DNA of 64,000 bases from NCBI RefSeq assembly GCF_006345805.1, contig NW_021832865.1:30216-94215 (forward strand). Direction: 5' to 3'. The position numbers and the translations under genes were made by a program. The notes beneath the pieces were generated by a model. That model did no database searches. It was not told where the DNA came from and was given only the letters and a program-made list of their open reading frames with translations. The DNA is from Octopus sinensis. Its lineage: Eukaryota. Position 1 is the stretch's first letter; each line of letters starts with the position of its first letter. This document shows, one piece after another, positions 40,057 through 54,369 of the stretch.

Positions 40057-41950
40057 GTTGGTTGATGTATTTGTTGTTTGTTGTTTTATGTTGATATTCT
40101 TGGAATTCACCAAAACAAAGAAAATATTCCGCAATAAACAAAGGAAATAGAAATGAAAATAAAACTTAGAATCATGCTCGTTATTTATCACCTGTTTTCC
40201 ATGCTGGCATGGGTTGGACAGTTTGACAGGAACTGGCAAGGCAAGGGGCCAAACCTGGTTCCATTCTTTGTTTTGGTATGGATTCTGCAGTTGAGATGCC
40301 CTTCCTAACACCAACCAATTTACAGAGTGTACTGGGTGCTTTTTATGTGGCACCAGCACCGACAGAATTACCAATTATCTTGTAAGACAAGAACCCCTCA
40401 ACTGGACGAGAGTGGGGGGAATGGTGTTGGTCGGCTGTGGCTTTGCGCCAGTTGAAAGACTTAGGGTATAGTGGGGACAGAGAGAGGTATCTTGCTGTAG
40501 AGTAGTTACATGAGTGCCCCAGTTGGAAGGAAAAGGAAAGAAGGGGCCAGATAGTAAGATAAAAAGAGTGATAGTGAGAGATGTGATGGTGGAGATGTGA
40601 TGGGACATGCCCTTGAGGGACATGGGGATAGGTAAGGGGATATAGAGGCTTCAGCTGGGTGAGGGGGGCAGGATGAGATGATTGTAACAAATGATGCAGA
40701 GAAATATAGAAATGGCTTGTGGGGTTGCAGTAGATATATGTGGGTATTGAGGGTAATAGTAGGTAAGCAAGGAGTTGATGATGGAGAGCAGCAGAGGGAG
40801 AAGAGAGAAGGTGCAGAAAGGAGGTGGGGATAGTATGTGCCTATTCTGCTCTCAGGTGATAGAGGAAACGGTGGATGTTAGGAAATGAAATGTGTGTGTA
40901 TGGAATGGGAGAGAAGGTTGACATGGCAGAGCCCCTCATCGACAAACATTATCGTTATTTGAATATCAATTCTGTTCTGGTGGGCATGTCTTCTTAAGTA
41001 CAGCAATGTACCATATATCTCATCCCTTTGTCATCTCCTTCATAAGGCTCACTGTTTTCAGATTGGCCTTCAATTCTTCATCCCATGTCTTCCTGGGGTC
41101 TCCCTCTTCCACAGCTTCCAACAACATCAAATTCCAACTTGATATTTTTCGAATTAACCCAAAACATATTCTGTAATTAATGAAGGAAATGATTATGAAG
41201 ATAAAATATGGAATCAGTTTGGTAAATTTATTTGTTGGTGTCTTAGAATTCTTCAGTTGGAATGTTGGAATCTTTGATGTGTCTCATGGCCCTGTCTTCC
41301 ATACTTATAGGTTAGCTTGGTTTTCTTCAACTCTTCCATTCCATGATTTAATTCTTTGTAACTTGATATGGATTCAGTGTAGCTATGCTGTGCCTTAACT
41401 TGCTAGTAATGGCAACCAAGTGTCCCTTGCTCTCATTTAAATTGGATGAGTTTTAAGGGTGTTCAACAGGATACTTTCTGCTATTTGTTTCAGCCCTTGG
41501 CATTCTGAGTTCAAATCCTACTAATGCTGTATTAACCTTTTATCGCTTCACAATTGATAAAAATCTCCCAATCTTGATGGCTGGATTGGTGGAACTGGAA
41601 GAATGACATTTCTTCTGTGGTATTTGTTTCAGTACTTGGCATTCTGAGTTCAAATCCTGCCATGGCGTTGCCGGAGTGTTAACTTAAACCATCCTTTGGT
41701 TTCACACCAACCCTCGGCACCTTGGCTATGTTTACTGGAATTCCCTTTGTCACAAGCATTTCAGCGACGTGTCTGGTTTGAGGAAATTTAAGATTTCAGC
41801 AAAGAAGGAAGGGGAAATGTTTTAACTTAGTCTGAATCTAACAAAAGACTTGCTTGCTGTTTGAATTGGTCAGTGACTGAGTGAATTCAGCTGAAGATTT
41901 TTATGATGTCAACAAGTAATGTTCACAAGTATTGAAGAGAGTGATAGAGG

Positions 41951-41992
<42 letters not shown>

Positions 41993-42669
41993 AGGAAATA
42001 CATGTGCTTTTAACAATAAGTTCAGCATGGGTATCAGTCTGGGTGTTTTAAAGAACTGATTTCCTTATGACTTTATTATTATTGAGTGAGAGAGCAGCGC
42101 AAGCCATCAAAGTGACACTGGAATAAAATATACGAAGCCCAATATACCCATCATGACAACCCGTCTGATAAGGGTACACCAGGCACATGCATCACAACCA
42201 TATGTGCATGGCATGGTGATCTCATATCAAGATAAACAGCGCATGACCTTGCAGGTCAAGTAGCCCATCCTGCTCAAAAGGTCCCTGAATAACGATTGTT
42301 TAAGGATATTGAATGAAATACCCATGTTTCCAGAGGTGAATTATCCAAACCCCAAATAATTCCTCTCAACACATGGCTATGATGCTCCCTCACTACTTCT
42401 GCTCAAACAACTGTGGTACTGAATTGTGGTATTGAGCAGAATATTTGCTGCAGCCCATCTTTCATACCAAGACAAAACAATGTACATGATAATACTTCCA
42501 ATCAGTTAAGGACAGAAGCTATGACTGTCACTGCCTGGTCCTGCATCAGGGCATTTATTATTATCATTATTATTATTATTATTATTATGAAAGCTTCTCA
42601 GATGGTTCTTAATTACCAGTTATTCTTTACTTGAAAACAGTCAACAACAAATCACCAAAGGTTTTCCAA

Positions 42670-44425
42670 GTAGTGCCTTCTCCTATGACTCAAAGAAACA
42701 ATACTCTCCTTAAAATGCAAGCTGTACCCAACAATGCTGACTTCTGAATTACCTCGAGCCTGACAGCAGCTCCAATATTCTTAATATGTTTTACAAAGCC
42801 CTTGGAAACTGCTCCTAATGCTCCAGTTACCACTGGTGTCACCATTATTTTCCCCATGTCCCATAACTTTTCTATCTCGTCCCAGACTGATACCATGCTG
42901 AACTTATTGTTAAAAGCACATGTATTTTCTCTCTCTCTCTCTCTCTCTGACCCTCTGCCTTTTTACCCTTGCTCTCTCTCTTCTGTTTCCTTATCTTTCA
43001 CCCTCAAATTGCCTGGTATTGCAACATCTACTATCTTTGCTTCTTTTTCATCTTTATGGATGATCATGATATCTGGTTGTCTCGCCTCTATGACTTGGTT
43101 GCACTGTATGTTAAAATCCCAGAGTATTTTGTAATGATCATTTTCCATTTCTCCCTGTGGCTTGTGTTCATACCTATTTCCTTTACTACCCACAAGGGGC
43201 CAAACACAAGGACAGACAAACGAATTAAGTCGATTACACTGACCCCAGTGCGTAACTGGTACTTATTTAATCGACCCCGAAAGGATGAAAGGCAAAGTCG
43301 ACCTCAGCGGAATATGAACTCAGAACATAGTGGCAGGCGAAATACCGCTAAGCATTTCGTCTGGCATGCTAACGTTTCTGCCAGATTGCCACCTTAATAC
43401 CATTGTTCTACTCTTTCAAGGTTTGCTTTACTACAGCCAGTAGACGTATCTGGCTACATTGTCATATCTCCTTTTATATTCATGTTGTGCAAGCTTACAG
43501 CACTCACCAACAATATGGCATATACTTTCTCTCTTCTCAGAGCACATCCTACACTGTGGCAAGTCAGTGCTTTTATCAATGTGATATTTAGAGGAGTTTG
43601 TTCTGAGAGCTTGTTCTTGAGCGTTGCACACTAATGCCTCCAGTAGGCCCTTTTAAGTCTCCTTTCTGCAGCCATTGCCAGGTTCTATTCCAATTAATCT
43701 CATCTTTATTCTTCAAGAACTGACTGTGCATGTTCTTGTCCTAATAAATTTCCTTCATCTGATTTCTCTAGCCTTCCTTAAATCGTGTTGGATCTACAGC
43801 TGCGTTCACTTTTAAGGTTCCCTGCATTTTCACTGCTTCAATCCTTTCTTCTTTATTCCCCTTGACATACCAAGCCAGGCTATTCTCCTCTTCCTTGACA
43901 CACCATTCACAACATACCAATCCCTGTCGTCCTTCCCTCCTCCTTTACATACAACCTTGACACATCACTCTTGTGGTTCCAATTTCTTGTTCATTGTCAT
44001 TAATTTACGTGTTCTCTGGTCTATCTCTTGTAATTCATGCTTCTATCAAGATACTATTCCTGCCCCATATCTCATCAAAGCAACAGCCCATGTGTTAATT
44101 GCTCTAATCTTATTGCAGCCATTTAGCTTCAATTGGAGCACAAGCCAAATTTCCTTCAAATACTCTTTCCTTAACTTTTCTTTGATCTCGTGTTTATTCA
44201 TCTTATCTCTTTCAATGATACCCAGGTACCTATATCCTTCCTCTCTGAATTCCCTTATAGTTTCATTACTTTCCAGGTTGATCCTATGGCTTTTACTGAT
44301 TTCCCCCCCTTTTGAGAATCATTACACCACATTTCTTGATCTCAACTTCCATGCCAATATCTTTGCTAATCATCTGCACAGTTGCCATCAAGCTCTCAAT
44401 TTCTTTCTCAGTCTTAGTGAATAGC
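42670..44425 (-). mobile_element. R4/Dong-like non-LTR retrotransposon 3' part (CCHC knuckle + restriction-like endonuclease), degenerate
   Basis: AQEQAL..CRMCSEKRESICHIVGEC; KILWDFNIQ...RQPDIMII....IVDVAIP; PVVTGALG...IQKSALLGTA.ILRRVL. Confidence 0.85.
43172..43396 (-). mobile_element. tRNA-derived SINE (same family as 18982-19209) nested in the R4-like element
   Basis: Reverse complement of the 18982-19209 family, with a short ATACC duplication at the flanks. Confidence 0.85.
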
Positions 44426-44429
44426 TTTA

Positions 44430-44667
44430 GGTTACTAACCCCAAGATTCCGAGTTTGATTCCAAGCAGTGACCTGAACAACAATAACAACAACAACTACC
44501 TTAGGTATGAGAACCCAAGTTCAAAATTTCCTCAAAATGCCTGATGAAAAGCTAGAGGGTATATCAGTCGAAACGTTTTAACAACAAACAAGATGAGGAC
44601 AAAAATCCATCAAATATAAATAATGTAAATAATGTACTTAATTCCTCATCTCTTAAATATAGAACTG
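44430..44667 (+). mobile_element. 5'-truncated copy of tRNA-head/(AAC)n/hammerhead element
   Basis: Matches 62520-62806. CTGATGA at 44541 and GAAACGTT at 44570; stem II is degraded. Confidence 0.75.
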
Positions 44668-44871
44668 TAATACCAGAACTTTGTTTCCTGTAGTATTTCT
44701 CTCAAGGGGATCATTCCCAGCATGAATATCAGTGGGAACACGCTGTCCCCCCTGGAAGATTCCTCTCTTGATTTTCACCTCTCCTAATACTTGATGCACC
44801 AGCTGTCAACTGCATTCTCCAACATTTCATGCTGTTCCATATAAGGTTGGTGGTGGTGGTCTGCTGCTGCT

Positions 44872-45276
44872 GCTTTTGTTTGTTTGTTTATTGAGTGAAG
44901 CAGTCTTCGTCCCAGAGCTCGCAAGATCGCGCCTCTATAGTAGGAGAAGGCGGAAACGTGGTCCTTTGCTATTTGTAAGACCCGCAGAAGAGAAAGCAGG
45001 TCAACCCCCAATACCGACAGCATCGATGGATGGATGAATGTGCATCCAGGCTCAGCGGTTGCGTAGGAAGTCAGGGACAAGAAACAGGAAGAAAGAGCGA
45101 GAGAAAGTTGGGGGTGAAAGAGTACAACAGGGGTCGTCACCACCCCCTGCCCGAGCCTCGTGGAACTTTAGGTGTTTTCGCTCAATAAACACACACAACG
45201 CCCGGCCTGGGAATCAAAACCGCGATCCTCCGACCACGAGTCCACTGCTCTAACCACTGGGCCATTGCGCCTCCAC
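44872..45276 (-). mobile_element. tRNA-derived SINE (second family)
   Basis: Minus-strand head GTGGAGGCGCAATGGCCCAGTGGTTAGAGC...GGTTTTGATTCCC, (AAAC)n tail, TGCTGCTGC on both flanks. Confidence 0.78.
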
Positions 45277-46179
45277 TTGCTGCTGCAGCATTGAAATAAT
45301 TGGTGTATATTCAAGGAAGAATAATTGAGTAAAATAATGTAAACCAATATTGAAATAGAAGAAACATTTGAGACATGAAAATGCATATTAGTTTTTGAAT
45401 AGCGTCTACTTTCACAGAAGCACATTGCCATCTTGGGATGTCTTTAAAGAGGGACTTTAGTTCATGAAACTGGTGAAGAATATAATAAAACTAACACTAT
45501 GACCATGCGAGTACTGTCCAAATCTCCGACCAATCACATACAGCTTGCTGGCATTCAATTGGCGTATCAAGTTTCGGGCATTTTGATTGGGTTTTGGACA
45601 GAAAATTCACAAAAAAGTCACTTCTATTGATGTTTTAATGGCTTTGCGAGGTGACTGGGGAAATGTAAAGATGTGCACAACCACCCTTGGACGGTTTTGA
45701 ATGACCATAGAAAGTGCGAGCCCTCTAACTGAAAAATTATGGATTTGTATAAAGGACACACACACACACAGACATTTTGCCATTTATATATATAGAGATG
45801 ACTGAGAGAGAAATAATCATTCAACTAGTTTTCTGAAACGATTGAATGAAGGACACCAAGGTAGATGGTGCCTCTGAGTTGTCTAGGTTGATTGTGTATT
45901 GGGGAGAGATTGAGGTAAAAACAGTGACAGACAGAGAGAGAGAGAGAAATATTTTTGGAAGAAGGAATGTAAATCTTTATTCTTTCTGTGTATCTCTCTC
46001 TCTCTTTCTTTCTCTCTTTCTCTATATAACACACACATACATGTACACACAGATACATTCTTATATATGTATTATCATGATGATGATGATGATGATGGTG
46101 ATGATTATGATAATCTCAAAAACAGATTTAAGAAAACACAATAAAAGTAGTAAAACGGATTTGTAGTATCATCATTTTC

Positions 46180-46770
46180 ACCCCCACCCCCACCCCCACC
46201 CCCAACACCACAACAACCACCACCACCACCACAACCAGCACCACAACCAACACCACAACCACCAACACCACAATCACGAACACCACAACCAGCACCACAA
46301 CCACCAACACCACAACCACCACCACCACAACCACCAACACCACAACCACCAATACCACAATCACCAACACCAACACCACAACCACCAACACCACAACCAC
46401 CAACACCACAACCACCAACACCACAACCAGCAACACCACAATCACCAAGACCACAACCAGCACCACAACCACCAACACCACAACCACCACCACCACAACC
46501 ACCAACACCACAACCACCAATACCACAATCACCAACACCAACACCACAACCACCAACACCACAACCACCAACACCACAACCACCAACACCACAACCACCA
46601 ACACCACACCACCAACACCACAACCACCAACACCACAACCAGCAACACCACAATCACCAACACCAACACCACAACCAGCACCACAACCACCACACCACCA
46701 CCACCACAACCACCACAACCAGCACCACAACCAGCACCACAACCACCAACACCACCACCGCTGCCACCAT
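46180..46770. repeat. Low-complexity (CCA/ACA)-rich minisatellite
   Basis: Repeats of ACCACAACCACCAAC. Confidence 0.92.
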
Positions 46771-47479
46771 AATAATAATTATCATCATAACATCCACTTT
46801 TCTGTGCTTGAATGGGTTGGATAGAATTTGTTGAGATGGATTTTGTATGGTTTGGCGCCTCTCCTGTCACCAACCCTCACCACCTTCCAAGGGAAGTAAC
46901 TGTTTCCCCATTTTACAGAATATCACAAAATATTAGAAACAAAGGGCACCACTTGCATAACAGGGACACCCGCTTACAACTATCACACAATGTCAAGGCA
47001 AGGAGACATGCACACACACACACACGTATGACAGGTTTCTTTCAGTTTCTGCTTACCAGACCTATTCGCTGGGCTTTGTTTGGCCTAAGGCTGTAGCTGA
47101 AGAGACTTGTCCAAGGTGCCATTCATTGAGACTGAACCTAAATTAAGTCAATTAAAAGCAATAGCAACAGATGCAGTATTAATATCAAAAGGTAAATTTT
47201 ACATCCAACTAAATGTGGATGTTGTGTTAGAACACTAAATACTGTGTTACTCACCTTGAGAAGACCTCTCATATTGACGCATGCTGCATAAAAGCACTCA
47301 TATTTATACTGCTAGCAGATGACAATCATCTATCTACTGGCACCAAAACTACCACATCACCTATTTTCGCTCTGCCTGGATCCATCAGTGACAGACATCC
47401 AAAAGCAACATAATAGCCGAATCTCACTGTCAGTCATATGTACACTTTTATGTCTTTTTGGACATTCATGTTGCAAATA

Positions 47480-47750
47480 GCCAGAAAGCTCATTAAAGGT
47501 AATTAATAGCCGGAAGGCTTATTAGAAATAATGAATAGCCACAAGGTTTATTAAACATAATTAATAGTTAGAAGGTTTATTATAGATAATTAATAGTTAG
47601 AAGGTTTATTAGAAAAAATTAATAACCAGGAGGTTTATTAAAGATAATTATTAACCAGAAGGTTTATTAAAGATAATTATTAACCAGAAGGTTTATTAAA
47701 GATAATTATTAACCAGAAGGTTTATTAAAGGTAATTAAGAGCCACAAAGC
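47480..47750. repeat. ~29-bp AT-rich minisatellite (ATAATTAATAGCCAGAAGGTTTATTAAAG), block 1
   Basis: Direct reading. The same unit occurs at 52205-52288, 53095-53117, 53235-53712 and ~55340. Confidence 0.85.
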
Positions 47751-47779
47751 TGATTTTTATTTTGATGTTGATGTACTTG

Positions 47780-50700
47780 ACTCAGTAGGTCTCCTCAAGC
47801 ACAGCATATCACCTTACGATCCAAGGTACTTTTAAGTGGGCTGGTTATGCGAAACTGGTGTGGGTTACAGCTGTGAACTCACTTTAATTGCCGGGTCTTC
47901 TCAGTCACAGCATATCTCCAGAGGTCTCGGTCTTTCGCCATTGCCTCTGTGAGGCCCAATGTTCAAAGGTCATGCTTCACCACCTCATCCCATGGCTTCC
48001 TGGGTCTCCCTCTACCCAAGATTTCTTCCACTGTTTGAGAGTGGCACTCCTTCACACAGCTCTCCTCATCCATCCGTAGTACATGACCTTACCAATGCAA
48101 ACGTCTTTCTTGCTTGCCACATCCAATGCTTCTTATGCCCAACATTTCTCTCGGGGTGCTTACACTCTGTCGTGTGTGCACACTGACATTACACATCCAG
48201 CAGATCATGCTAGCTTCATTTCTTTCAAGCCTACACATGTCCTCTGCAGTCACGGCCTATGTTTTACTGCCGTGAAGCATGGCAGTTTGCTCACATGCAT
48301 CCTACAATCTATCTTTTACTCTGAGCAAGAGGCCCTTTCTCACCTATAGGAGTAGAAGCTTTCTGAACTTTGCCCAGGCAATTCTTATTCTAGTGGTAAC
48401 GCTCTCTGAGCATCCACCCCCACTACAGACTTGTTCACCCAGATAGCAGAAGCTATCAACTACATCTAGTTTCTCCCCTTGTCATGTGATGGAATCTATT
48501 TTCTGAGCATCTGTGGTGTTTATTGCCCCTGTGCATCTGCTGCACATGAAAGCTATCTTCCCGGTTAATCTTCCTTTGATGTTGCTGCACTTCTTATGTG
48601 TCCATAGCTTACACTGGGTACATCTTATGGAGTTTCTACCTACACCTTTTCTACAGATCGAACAGGACCACCTGCCTGAAATGGTGCGTGATTTGTTTGC
48701 CTTCTTACTTTTTTTAGCATAACATGTTATCATCATCATCATTATTATCATCGTCTAATGTCCATTTTCCATGCTGGCATGGGTTGGGTGCTTCGACTAG
48801 AACTTTGGTCTTTACAACATTGACTATAAGGCGCTTCAATTCTAAACCTTGCTTCTACACCTGAAATTTCTTCTCTAGTTCTGGTAGTGATTCTGCTATG
48901 AGGGCCAGGTCATCAACATAGAGGAGTTCCCAGGGGCAACCTGTCTTGAATTCCTGTTATTTCCTGGAGGACTATGATGAATAAGAGGGGGCTGAGGGCT
49001 GATACTTGGTGAACCCCTACTTCTACCAGGAATTCTTCACTATACTCATTGCCAACACTAACCTTACTAACGGCCTCTCTGTATAGGGCTTGTACAGCCC
49101 TTATTAACCACTCATCAATCCCCATTTTCTGCATCGCCCACCAGATAAGGGATTGGGGGACCCTGTAAAAGTCCACAAAAGCTAAGTATAGGAGTTTATC
49201 TTTGGCTAGTTATTTCTCCTGCAGTTGCTGCACCAGGAATATGGCATCAGTGGTGCTTCTACCTGGCACAAAACCGAACTGCATCTCATCTAAGCAGACA
49301 CTCTCCCTAATTAGTTGGGCCATGACCCTCTCCCTGACCTTCATCACCTGATCCAGCAATTTGATACCCCTGTAGTTATTTCTATCTAAAGCATCACTTT
49401 AACCTTTGTAGCAGTTGACTATGGTGCTGCTACACCAGTCATTGAGTATGACTCCATCATGAACTACCTGGTTTACAATGCGGGTGACTAGGCCATAGCC
49501 CACACCACCAGATGTTTTAAGCATCTCAGCAGTGATTCCTGATGGACCAGGGGCTTTTCCTGGCTTCATAACCTTAATTGCTTTATCTACAAGGGTGCTG
49601 TCTATTCGGATAGCTGGTCCCTCTACTGTGGCAACATTTGGCTGGCTCTCCTCCTCCAGTTCATTTTCCACGTTCAGCAGTCTTTCATAATGGCTTCTCC
49701 AAACCTCTTTCATTTCGGAATCATTAAAAGCAAGTGCACCATCATCCATGCGGACACATTTCTCTCCTGTGACATCACAATTTTCTCTCACACACTGCAA
49801 TCCGAAATACTTCATTTCTTTGGTCTTTATGTTGCTGGACATTGGCAAACTTCTTTTCTGCTTCGCCCTTGGCTATGTATGCCTGTCTCCTAGCCTCCTT
49901 TCTGGCTATCTGGTATGGTTCCCTGCTACCCCAACCCCTCCAGGCCTGTTTCATTGCTCTGATGGCTCTGTCTACTATATTATTCCACCACCACATAACT
50001 CTAGGTCTGGAAGGGACTTTGCACCATCTGTGGACTTGGTCTGTGGCACTCAGTAAGCTGTCCCGTAGGAATTTCCAGCTACCTTCTATGTCCGAGGACT
50101 GTAGCTCCTCCTCCCTCTCATCATATTTCTTGATGAGGATATCCCTAAATCTCAGATCATGTGAAGGGTTCTTTAGCTTCCAAATCCTTCTTTTCTGGAT
50201 TGGTCTGCTTCTTGGAATCCTTCTGGCCTCGAGTCTAAAGTCACTAATGACTAGTCTATGCTGGGGGTACATTCCATACCTGAGAGGGTCTTTGTATTTA
50301 AGAGCAACCCTGCGTCCCGCTGTCTGGTGAGGATGAAATCAATCTGGCTAGCAGAGTCACCTGATTGATAGGTTATCAGGTGGCTGCTTGGCTTCCTGAA
50401 CTTAGTGTTGCAGACTAAAAGGCTACATGCATCACAAAACTCCAGTAGCCTGGTTCCATCTTCTTTTCAGGAACCAATACCATTATGCCCATGTACACCA
50501 GTGAAGATACCGGATTGCTGTCCAACATGCTCATTAAAATCTCCAGCTGCAAAGATGAGGTCATTGCCACTCATCTTTGAGGCAGCCTGTAGAAGGGTAT
50601 CATAAAAATGGTCCTTCAGAGCATTTGGTAGGGCCACTTGCAGGGTCATAGGCAGAGATAATTGTAGCTATACTATTCTGCAAGACTAGCCTGAGCTTAA

Positions 50701-50870
50701 GCACTCTATCACATACCCTGACAACCTCTATGACCTTATCCACCCATTTCTCCACAAGGAATATACCTACACCCCCTACTCCATCGATGTTACCTTCCCA
50801 GAAGATTTTTATACCTATGTGCCTTGCCTGTGAGGACACTAGCTGAAGCTTCTCTCCATCTTACCTCTTA
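47780..50870 (-). mobile_element. Degenerate RTE LINE (APE to 3' UTR) with a short nested RTE tail at ~48725-48790
   Basis: ORF remnants GVGGVGI..EKWVDKVIEV, GDFN.HVG, WWWNN, KAPGPSGITAEML, WSCSICRKGVGRNSIRCTQC. Confidence 0.88.
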
Positions 50871-52287
50871 TGGCAATTTTCTGTCATGTAAATTGTAGCA
50901 GTATGGGCAGCGAAATGTGATGTTGATGGTTCAATGTATGTTGTCGGGTGTCGCCGATGGAGATAGGACGACATCAAAGTAAAACAATGAGGATTGTAGT
51001 TTAAATAATTTATTTGATCCACACTTGCATCTACGTGTTGGATACTCAAAGTTTAATTTACAATATCAATGAAGGCTGCTACATGAAGTTACCAACAGCT
51101 TTGAGGTGGCAAAGTAAAAATAACAACAGGAGAAGTAGAATGTTGATTTGATGAAAGAGTGCATGGCATATTTTGTGTCTGTGTGTGCATTGAACATTTG
51201 GTTGAGTTGTGTTGTTTTTCTGTCCTATCTTTTTGTGTCCTGCTACTGTGTTGTGTCATTGGCTATCATAATTCGCTCATGCTGACTATGTGGCTCTCTG
51301 TTGGCTGCTTACCTGTTGCAAGCTGCCTGCTTATCTGTCCTGTATCTAAGGTCACTATTTATAATGGTCATCCTAGCAAGAAGAACAGACATACCATTGG
51401 AGTCCTTACTACTTATCTAGGTCACCTGCTGTCCAGTTGAACCTTCAGTGACACAGCTCAGGTTAGAAATCCATCCATCACATTTTGACAGGATAAAGAA
51501 ATTTCTGTCACACCTGTTCGGCCAGTGGTGGATCAGGTCAGCGAGAATCCTTAGATTCAGTTTCGAATCTCAGCTCAGAAAATGAAATGTTAGTTTTTAC
51601 ATAAATAAAAGTTTATGTTAGTTTAAAAGATTTATCCAAAAAATCTTATTTAACTGTAATTTTTAGAACAACATGTGGGTGAAGGTAAATAATATGCACA
51701 CCCAGTGTTTAGGGCTAGGTTTAGGGTTTAGGGTTAGGATTACATGGAAGACGGATGGTGTGTGTATTCTTTAACTCTGCCCAATTCATGTTATGTTACC
51801 AATAGTTTTCTTTCATATAAATAAATTTTGACTTAAAAATTTGCCAGTAAAGTCTTATAAAATGTTCCAAAAGATGTAGATGTTTATATGATATACATGA
51901 AAATAAGAGTGAACAAAATATACTTAAAAAACAACTATATTTTGTAGTCATTATCCGTAATCTACTCCCAAAACACTTCAGTAGCTCTATTTTGCATCAC
52001 TTGCAAACTCATATGTTCTATGATCATTAAAGTGCAACGACCTCCACAATAACCAGCCTTCAATTTGATTTTCTGTTCCTAGATTAATCGGAAACATAGA
52101 TTGCTGTGCTACTCATAAACCTTCTCGGTAGTTCAAGTAACTGGGGAAAAAATAACACCAAAGCAACTTAAACTGTCCAAAGGATGGGTGCGTTTCCTAG
52201 TTTAAAAATAATTAATAGCCATAAGGCGTATTAAAGATAATTAATTGTCAGAAGGTTTATTAAAGGTAATTAATAAACAGAAGGTTT

Positions 52288-53093
52288 CATCATCATCATC
52301 GTCGTTTAACATCCGGTTTCCACGCTGTCATGGGTTGGACAGTTTGACTGAGGTTTGGGAAGCCAGAAGGCTGCACCAGGCTCCAATCTAATCTGGCAAA
52401 ATTTCTACAGCTGGATGCCCTTCCTAACGCCAACCACTCCGAGAGTGTAGTGGGTGCTTTTTACATGCCACCAGCACAGGAGCCAGTCAGGTGGTACTGG
52501 CATCAACCACGCTTGAATGCTACCAGCACGAGTGCCAGTCAGGTGGCAGTGGCAATGATCACGCTCAAATGATGCCTGTTATACACCACTGGCACAGGTG
52601 CCAATCAGGTGGTCCTGTTATCAGCCATGACAAGGATTTCACTTGCCTCAACAGGTGTTCGTAAGTGCAGTTTATTGCAGTTTATTAAGTTACTCTTAAA
52701 TGGGCTGGTAATACTGCACTGGCATAGATCATGTTTATGGTCTCACTTGCATTGCCGGGTCTTCTTAAGCACAGCATATCTCCAAATGTCTCAGTCACAT
52801 TTGAAAGTCGTGCTTCACCACTTCATCCCAGGTCTTCCTGGGTCTACTTCTTTCACAGGTTCCCTCTCTTGCTAGGGTGTGACTCTTTTTCACATAGCTG
52901 TCCACATCCAAACGCAACATATGACCATACCAGCGCAGTCGTCTCTCTTGCACACCACATCTGATGCTTCTTAAATCCAACTTTTCTCTCAAGGCAGTAA
53001 CACTCTGTTGAGTATGCACACTGACATTACACATCCAGTGGATCATACCAGCTTCATTCTTTGCAAGCTTGTGCATGTCCTCAGTAGTCACAA
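52288..53093 (-). mobile_element. RTE LINE 3' fragment inserted in the minisatellite
   Basis: ERRLRWYGHM..RPRKTWDEVV (52795..53091), 3' UTR and (CAT)n tail. Confidence 0.85.
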
Positions 53094-53234
53094 AGATAAT
53101 TAATAGCCAGAAGATTTTATCATTATCATTATCATCATCATCATCATCATCGTTTAACGTCCACTTTCCATGCTAGCATGGGTTGGACGGTTCGATTGAG
53201 GTCTGGGAAGCCGAGGAGGCTGCACCAGGCCCAA

Positions 53235-53712
53235 CCACAAGGCTTATTAAAGGTAATTAATAGCCAGGAGGTTTATTAAAAATAATTAATAACCACAAGG
53301 CTTATTAAAGGTAATTAATAGCCAGAAAGTTTATCAAAAATAATTAATACCCAGCAAATTTATTAAAAGTAAATAATAGTCAGCAAGTTTACTAAAAATA
53401 ATTAATAGCCAGGTCTATTAAGAATAATTACTAACCAGCAGGTTTATTAAAAATAGTTAACAGCCACAAGGTTTATTAAAAATAATTAATAGCCAGAAGG
53501 CTTAGTAAAGATAATTAATAGCCAGAAGGCTTATTAAAGATAATTAATAGCCAGAAGGTTTATCAAAGATAATTAATTGCCAGAAGGCTTATAAAAAATA
53601 ATTAATAGCCAGAAGACTTATTAAAGATAATTAATAGCCAGAAGGTTTATTAAAAATATTTAATAACAAGGAGGCTTAATAAAGATAATTAATAGCCAGC
53701 AAATTTATTAAG
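53235..53712. repeat. ~29-bp AT-rich minisatellite, block 2 (~16 units)
   Basis: Direct reading. Confidence 0.9.
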
Positions 53713-54369
53713 AAAAAATCTACTACATATGTGGAAATCTGTGGGTGTGTTTGTTTGTGGAGTTGTTATCTAACTCCTCCTACATCGTTTTATCGATTTT
53801 GATGAAACTTGACACATGAGTAGAATTTATGTCTAGAAAACTAGTGACATACTTAGATTGTTGGAAAAATCGATAATAGGGCCCTTGGAAGGGATTCTTA
53901 TAAGTACTACATATAACTAATATATTATTTTTAAACATCCAAGGGAAATAACCCATTCGCTCCTGAAAGGGATCCTTATATATAAATATAGCCAAGGGAA
54001 ATAACCCATTCATGTTCATAAGTTATTTGGTATAAATCAAATTGAGTATGCTTATTTCTTAGTATTTGAACTATTTGAGTTATTTTCACAATTTATCCAG
54101 TACAATGCTTAAACAAGTAAATAGTATTTACCTAAACAATAGATCCACCTATTTCGGTTAGTGACTTATTCATGAATTTAACAACACTAGCGCCACTGAG
54201 GGTAATATTCTCTGTGAATGCACAAAAGCTTTTTTCAGAGTTATTCACTTTGAAGTGTTATTATCTCATATCTGATTAGCCTGTTATTACATAACATGCT
54301 TCACAATTTTAGTATACATAACTTATTAGTATTTCCTAATAAGTTCTATAAACTCTGGGAACATATTAA

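Noticed and set aside
45500-45800. Further Helitron-like 5' ends (minus strand at ~45800; also plus strand at ~53719)
   Set aside because: They resemble the 25825 start, but I found no matching hairpin-CTAG 3' terminus, so I did not call them as features.
46105-46873. Gly/Cys-rich keratin-associated-like and poly-Val ORFs
   Set aside because: Translation of a CCA/ACA minisatellite next to a SINE tail, with no splice or gene context.
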